A DNA stretch of 63,427 nt, counting the filler, from an uncultured archaeon (GTDB taxonomy: Archaea > Iainarchaeota > Iainarchaeia > Iainarchaeales > 1-14-0-10-31-34), in NCBI GenBank assembly GCA_964442255.1. It is 3 parts of 3 records of this genome, joined end to end, with 100 filler letters (N's around TTAATTAATTAA, not from the genome) between each part and the next. Parts side by side here need not be neighbours in the genome. Positions count along the whole stretch, not along the records: positions 55,756 to 63,427 come from CAYTYC010000035.1; 2 more parts are not named here. The stretch is one strand, 5' to 3'. Shown one piece after another: positions 58,804 through 63,427 of the stretch (positions within the stretch are counted from its first letter, which is position 1; each line of letters begins with the position of its first letter). The position numbers and the translations under genes were made by a program. Below the pieces are notes generated by a model. It made no database searches and was not told the DNA's origin. It saw only the letters and a list, made by a program, of their open reading frames with translations.

Positions 58804-60665
58804 ACCCCCGTTGTAGTTGAATGCCTCTTTGCAGAGGAATTGTTGCTTGGATTAAAGGCAATTAAAACCAATACAACCAGTAAAATGAACAGGGCAATAA
58901 CCCCTAAAAAGTTATCCCTGATGAAGCCGCTCAGGGAAGCCAATCCCGCAACAGCCCCGCCTTCGCCTTTTTCTTCATCTTTTCCGCTTTCTTCAGCCGG
59001 CTGGATTTCAAGCTCAAGCGGCACCGCAAAGTAAAGGGAAGCGTTTTCAGCAACAAGCCTTCCTTCGCTCAAGCCTTTTTCCGCGTCTTCGCCTGCCTCA
59101 AGTGGAATGAAAACCTCAACGCTTTCCCCTTTCCTTAAGCCTTCAACCATGACTTCGCATGATTCAACCCCTTCCGGAAGGCCCTCCAGTGAAACAAAGA
59201 ATTCCCCGATGCCTTTTCCGGAGGGATTGAAGAGCACCACAAAAATTTCGTCTTTTTCCCCCTGCTTAAGGAAAACCTTTTCAGGGAAAGAAAAAAACTC
59301 TATTTCCGTTTCACCCGCTTCCCGGTAAAAGGAAGCCGTTACCTCAAAGTAAACCGTGAGCCCGATTGTCCTGCTTCCCTTCACAAGGAGTTTGAGCTTG
59401 TGCTTTCCTGTTTCCGCGTCCAAAGAAGGGGAAACGCTTAAAAACACGCTTTTGTCCTCTTTTGCCTTCAGCCTCACCGTTTTTTCGGAAAACTTTGCCC
59501 CGATTTCCGGGTCAAAGGAAACAACCTGCAGGCCCACGCTTTCCTCAAAATCTCCGTTGTTTTGAATCAGCACTTCAACAAGCCTTGCGGAATCCTGTTT
59601 CACCGTGAAATTGTTTTTCCTGAGCTCCGCCTCAAGGGAATGCTTTCTTTCAACGTTCACGCACACTTTCCCATGCGCAGTGAATTCGTCGCTGAACGCG
59701 TAAACGCTTAACTCGTGGATTCCGAATGAGTCGGTGAGCTTCGGGGAAACCCCTATTGTCACAATCCTTTCCGAAAAGCTTTCCAGCGTAAGCCTTTCCC
59801 TGTTTAATTCGGTTAAAAGGCCGCCAACAACCGCAATCCTCACCTCATGGTCTTCGGCTGAAAGGTTTTCCAACTTGAAGTCTATTCTGGTTGTTTCATC
59901 CTTTTCGGCGTTCACGCACGCATTCGGCGCAACAACCCTGAAAGGGTTTGCCGGAGGAAGGGGAAAGCAGTCCCTCAGGGAAAAGGAAATTTTTTGCCGG
60001 AACAAGCCTTTCCGGGTTTCCGCCTCAAGTAAAATGCTGTAATCGCCTTCATTCAAAACAGAATTCGGGCTTAACCTCACTTCAACCCTTCTTTCTTCCC
60101 CGGGCAAAAGTTCAACGTAATCTGGGTTCACAACCGGCAGAAACGCTTCTGAGGGAGAGGAAAGCCTCACTTTTTGGAGGTATCCTGAAGTGTTTTTAAC
60201 CCAAACACGCATTACGGCCTCTTCGTTTGTGCAGAGGCTTTTCTCTGTCGCAGAGAATTCAATCCCGCCTTTTGGCTTTATTTCATCCAAAACCTCCACC
60301 TTAAATGTTAGCTCCTGCTCGACAAATTCAAACCAGTAATCGCTGTTGTAAATCACCAAACCCGGGGCGTAAAAGCCTTCCGGGGCATCCGCTTCCACAG
60401 AAATTTCAACCGTTGCTTTGGTTTTTTCCCATGCGTTTAAGGAAAAGCTTTCAACCAACGGCTTGACCGAAACATTGGGGTAATCCCCTGCCCCGTAAAA
60501 AGAAACCACTGTTTCATGGTCAGAGCCGTTGAAGAATTCAATTTGCGTGTAAACCGTGCTTCCCGGCTGCAAAGCGAAATTTTCGTTTTCCGGGATAACC
60601 GTGAGCGCGGAAACGCACTGCAAGGCAAACAAAAATCCAGCCAAAACCATTGCAATTTTTTTCAT
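58800..60665 (-). CDS. Surface protein with tandem Ig-like domains and C-terminal TM
   Basis: Signal peptide, repeated beta domains, VAGL before the TM. Confidence 0.8.
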   Translation of the reverse strand: MKKIAMVLAGFLFALQCVSALTVIPENENFALQPGSTVYTQIEFFNGSDHETVVSFYGAGDYPNVSVKPLVESFSLNAWEKTKATVEISVEADAPEGFYAPGLVIYNSDYWFEFVEQELTFKVEVLDEIKPKGGIEFSATEKSLCTNEEAVMRVWVKNTSGYLQKVRLSSPSEAFLPVVNPDYVELLPGEERRVEVRLSPNSVLNEGDYSILLEAETRKGLFRQKISFSLRDCFPLPPANPFRVVAPNACVNAEKDETTRIDFKLENLSAEDHEVRIAVVGGLLTELNRERLTLESFSERIVTIGVSPKLTDSFGIHELSVYAFSDEFTAHGKVCVNVERKHSLEAELRKNNFTVKQDSARLVEVLIQNNGDFEESVGLQVVSFDPEIGAKFSEKTVRLKAKEDKSVFLSVSPSLDAETGKHKLKLLVKGSRTIGLTVYFEVTASFYREAGETEIEFFSFPEKVFLKQGEKDEIFVVLFNPSGKGIGEFFVSLEGLPEGVESCEVMVEGLRKGESVEVFIPLEAGEDAEKGLSEGRLVAENASLYFAVPLELEIQPAEESGKDEEKGEGGAVAGLASLSGFIRDNFLGVIALFILLVVLVLIAFNPSNNSSAKRHSTTTGV

Positions 60666-60687
60666 TGTTTTTTTCCACCCCTTGTTT

Positions 60688-61530
60688 TTATGCCCCTGAA
60701 ATTCTCTGCACAAGCCTTGAAAGAAACGCTATGAGCAGAATTGCCGCCACAACCGCCAGCACCAAATCAATAAGAAAAATGCTTCCGCCTTCAGCAAACC
60801 CCGCCAAAAGGCCTGTAAAACTGAAAAATCCGGCTGAAGGGGTTTCCCCTTCAACGCTTACCTCAACGCTTTTCTTTAACTCCAAGCCGTTTGCCTTGAA
60901 TGCCGCCGTTATTTCGCCTTCAAAGCCGCCTGAAGGCTTTACGGTAATGAAGTAGTCGCCTTCCCCCCTGCCCCTTATGGAAAACGATTCCCTTTGCACT
61001 TCATGGCTCCAGCCTAAAGGCATTCCCTGCAGGCCCAAAAACCAGGCCTTGACTTCTTCGTTGGAATGGTTTTTAAGGTGCGCAATTATTTTGAATTCCC
61101 CTTCCTCAACCCCTGTTGCCTCAAGCGAAAAATCCACGGGGTTTGCCTTGAATTTACTGAAAACAAGCTCCACCTTTTTTTCCGTTTCCATTTCATCCAT
61201 TTTCACAATAAGTGTTCCGGTGTAGGCTGAATCTGAAAGGCTTATTTCCGGCTCAAGGGAAATAATTATCCTTGCCTTTTCCCCTGCCTCAAGCTTTTCC
61301 GGGGCCTTTGTTAAAAACGTTGCCTCAAGTTCCCTGGGCGCAAAAAACTCCACGCTTAAATCCTTGTCAAAGCCTGTGTCGTTTTCAACCGTAATTGTAA
61401 GCCTTTCCGGCGCCGGGCCTGAAAAATTCACGGTTTCAGGGGAAACCAGTACGCCCGCGTAGGCGTTTCCAGCTATCAGGCACAAAAAAACCAGTAATGC
61501 CGCGTTCAATGGGTGCATGGCGAAGTTCAC
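60688..61530 (-). CDS. Surface protein with two Ig-like domains and C-terminal TM
   Basis: Signal peptide, SAGFF/TGLL before the TM. Confidence 0.75.
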   Translation of the reverse strand: MNFAMHPLNAALLVFLCLIAGNAYAGVLVSPETVNFSGPAPERLTITVENDTGFDKDLSVEFFAPRELEATFLTKAPEKLEAGEKARIIISLEPEISLSDSAYTGTLIVKMDEMETEKKVELVFSKFKANPVDFSLEATGVEEGEFKIIAHLKNHSNEEVKAWFLGLQGMPLGWSHEVQRESFSIRGRGEGDYFITVKPSGGFEGEITAAFKANGLELKKSVEVSVEGETPSAGFFSFTGLLAGFAEGGSIFLIDLVLAVVAAILLIAFLSRLVQRISGA

Positions 61531-61714
61531 GCATTAACATTATATTGTTATTACTATTTAGATACGACATCATTTTTAAAGGTAGCGTTTGCCTCTTTTC
61601 AGGTGAAACGCCTTTTTTTGCCCCATTCCGCGGGCTTAAATTCAAATTTGACTTTTTTATTCCGGAAATATTATTAAAAGGATTCCCTTCTTCCTTCCGT
61701 TATTCAGTGTTTTT

Positions 61715-61821
61715 AAAAACCCCTTCCGGGAACCCCGCCCATTTCAACGGGCAAATGAATTGTTTCCGCAAGCCGTTTACGGAAAAAAAACCCGGCGGGC
61801 TTTTAACCCGCCGCAGTTTAA
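61715..61821. repeat. ~107-bp structured direct repeat, copy 2 (upstream of metK)
   Basis: CCGGGAACCCCGCCCATTTC...CCGCAAGCCGTTTACGG...AACCCGCCGCAGTTTAA. Confidence 0.9.
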
Positions 61822-61885
61822 CTTTAGGTTTTCTTTGGAAGAGGTTTTTGATAAAACTTTTTCCAAAAATTTTTAGAGGTGATAT

Positions 61886-63049
61886 GTGTTGAGAAAAGGG
61901 AATTTTACTTTCACGTCCGAGTCCATCACCGAAGGGCACCCGGACAAAGTCTGCGACCAAATCAGCGACACGGTATTGGATGAAATATACGGGCAGGACC
62001 CGACTGCCAGGGTTGCGTGCGAGGCAATGGTTGGAATGGGTTTTGTGGTAGTGACGGGAGAAATAACAACCAAAGCATATGTTGACATACAGAAAACCGT
62101 GAGAAATGTTTTGAAGGAAGTCGGCTACGACAGCCCGTCTTACGGCTTTGACTACAATACAGTCGGGGTTTTAACCTCAATAAACGAGCAGTCAGCTGAC
62201 ATCGCAATGGGGGTTAATGAAAAGGAAAAAGGCGAAACAGGTGCGGGAGACCAGGGAATGATGTCAGGGTATGCGTGCGATGAAACCCCTGAATTAATGC
62301 CTTTGCCGATAACATTGGCGCACAAGCTTTGCCTCCGCCTTTCGGAAGTGAGAAAGCAGAAGGTGCTGCCTTACCTTCGCCCTGACGGAAAAAGCCAGGT
62401 GACCGTGGAATACGTTGAAGGAAAGCCCAAAAGGGTTACCGCGGTGGTGGTTGCGGCACAGCACGACCCTGATGTGGAGCTGGAGAAGCTGCGCGAAGAC
62501 ATCCTTGAAAACGTGGTGAAGCCGGTGTGCGGGGACTACCTGGACCCCGAAACAAAGTACTTCATCAACAATACGGGAAGGTTTGTTATCGGAGGGCCGG
62601 TTGCGGACGCCGGAATGACGGGAAGAAAGATTGTCGCCGACACTTACGGGGGGGTGGGAAACCATGGAGGGGGAGCGTTCTCCGGAAAAGACCCCACCAA
62701 GGTTGACAAGGCGGCGGCTTACATGGCGAGATACATTGCGAAAAACATTGTGAAGGCCGGAATAGCGGAAAAATGCGAGGTCCAGCTCGCCTACGTAATC
62801 GGCGGAAGGGAGCCTTTGGGGATGATGATTGACACTTTTGGCACGGAAAAAGTGGAAAACGGAAAGCTGTATGGTTTGGTGAAAAAGCATTTCCAGCTCA
62901 ACCCCGGCGGAATAATTACCCAGCTGGATTTGAGGAGGCCTATTTACAGGAAAACAGCGGCATACGGCCATTTTGGGAGAGAGCTTCCGGAATTCACCTG
63001 GGAAAAAACGGATTTGGCGGAAACGCTGAAAAAAGAGGCAGGGCTTTAA
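61886..63049 (+). CDS. metK: S-adenosylmethionine synthetase (bacterial/eukaryotic type)
   Basis: [43 protein letters not shown]. Confidence 0.97.
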   Translation: MLRKGNFTFTSESITEGHPDKVCDQISDTVLDEIYGQDPTARVACEAMVGMGFVVVTGEITTKAYVDIQKTVRNVLKEVGYDSPSYGFDYNTVGVLTSINEQSADIAMGVNEKEKGETGAGDQGMMSGYACDETPELMPLPITLAHKLCLRLSEVRKQKVLPYLRPDGKSQVTVEYVEGKPKRVTAVVVAAQHDPDVELEKLREDILENVVKPVCGDYLDPETKYFINNTGRFVIGGPVADAGMTGRKIVADTYGGVGNHGGGAFSGKDPTKVDKAAAYMARYIAKNIVKAGIAEKCEVQLAYVIGGREPLGMMIDTFGTEKVENGKLYGLVKKHFQLNPGGIITQLDLRRPIYRKTAAYGHFGRELPEFTWEKTDLAETLKKEAGL

Positions 63050-63050
63050 T

Positions 63051-63110
63051 CCCTTCCCCGCCCTTTTCCTTCCCCGCCCTTTTCCTTCCCCGCCCTTTTT
63101 CCGCCCTTTT
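63051..63110. repeat. 16-bp pyrimidine-rich tandem repeat after the metK stop
   Basis: CCTTCCCCGCCCTTTT x3 plus a partial copy. Confidence 0.85.
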
Positions 63111-63209
63111 TATTTCTTTTATTAATGTTTTTTTATTGGGGCTTCCGGCTTTAATCGATTTGGTTTGCACTCTTCTTTAATATGTTTTTTTATTGGGGCT
63201 TCCGGCTTT

Positions 63210-63317
63210 AAAAACCCCTTTTCGGGAACCCCGCCTGTTTCAACGGGCAAATGAATTGTTTCCGCAAGCCGTTTGCGGGAAAAAAAATCCGGCATGCTTT
63301 AACCCGCCGCAGTTTAA
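63210..63317. repeat. ~107-bp structured direct repeat, copy 3 (downstream of metK)
   Basis: Homologous to copies 1 and 2. Confidence 0.9.
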
Positions 63318-63427
63318 TTTATTTGGATTATGCACTTTTTTAAGTAATGTTTTACAGTGGCCTCCAAAATGCCTTAATGTAATTCGCTTTACGCGATTTT
63401 TGGTTAATGTTTTTGTGGGGGTTTTTT

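Noticed and set aside
61715..61821. SAM riboswitch upstream of metK
   Set aside because: No SAM riboswitch consensus was recognised, folding favours the opposite strand, and copies also lie downstream of metK and elsewhere
56103..63317. The ~107-bp repeats as canonical integron attC sites
   Set aside because: No proper RYYYAAC/GTTRRRY pair, no single long palindrome, no integrase, and the blocks are in mixed orientation

Overview
Archaeal DNA, most likely from a DPANN-type metagenome-assembled genome (possibly Iainarchaeota/Diapherotrites; this is inferred from gene content and divergent rRNA, not from a search). The window is three contigs joined by artificial N-TTAATTAATTAA-N linkers (about 1-27888, 27989-55655, 55756-63427), with further 100-N gaps, so adjacency across linkers is not biological. 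Contig 1 holds a 16S(+BHB intron)-tRNA-Ala-23S operon with bulge-helix-bulge (BHB) processing stems, rpl44e, RNase P RNA, alaS, a long RelA/SpoT homologue, argS, three minus-strand tRNAs (Arg-TCT and Ser-TGA with introns, Leu-GAG), toxin-antitoxin/Fic genes, tal and rpe. Contigs 2-3 hold surface and glycosylation genes, an archaeosortase, a KaiC-like ATPase, TraB, cysD, sufS and a bacterial-type metK. The most unusual signals are non-coding. (i) All three minus-strand tRNAs are followed by copies of their own last 20 nt (T-loop to discriminator), each joined to the same dispersed hairpin element. (ii) Both tRNA introns are built from repeat modules found elsewhere in the window. (iii) The peptidyl-transferase centre and the decoding site carry many substitutions at near-universal positions. 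(iv) hicA is broken by a 36-bp duplication around a 37-bp insert. (v) A structured ~107-bp direct repeat brackets metK and a surface-protein cluster.
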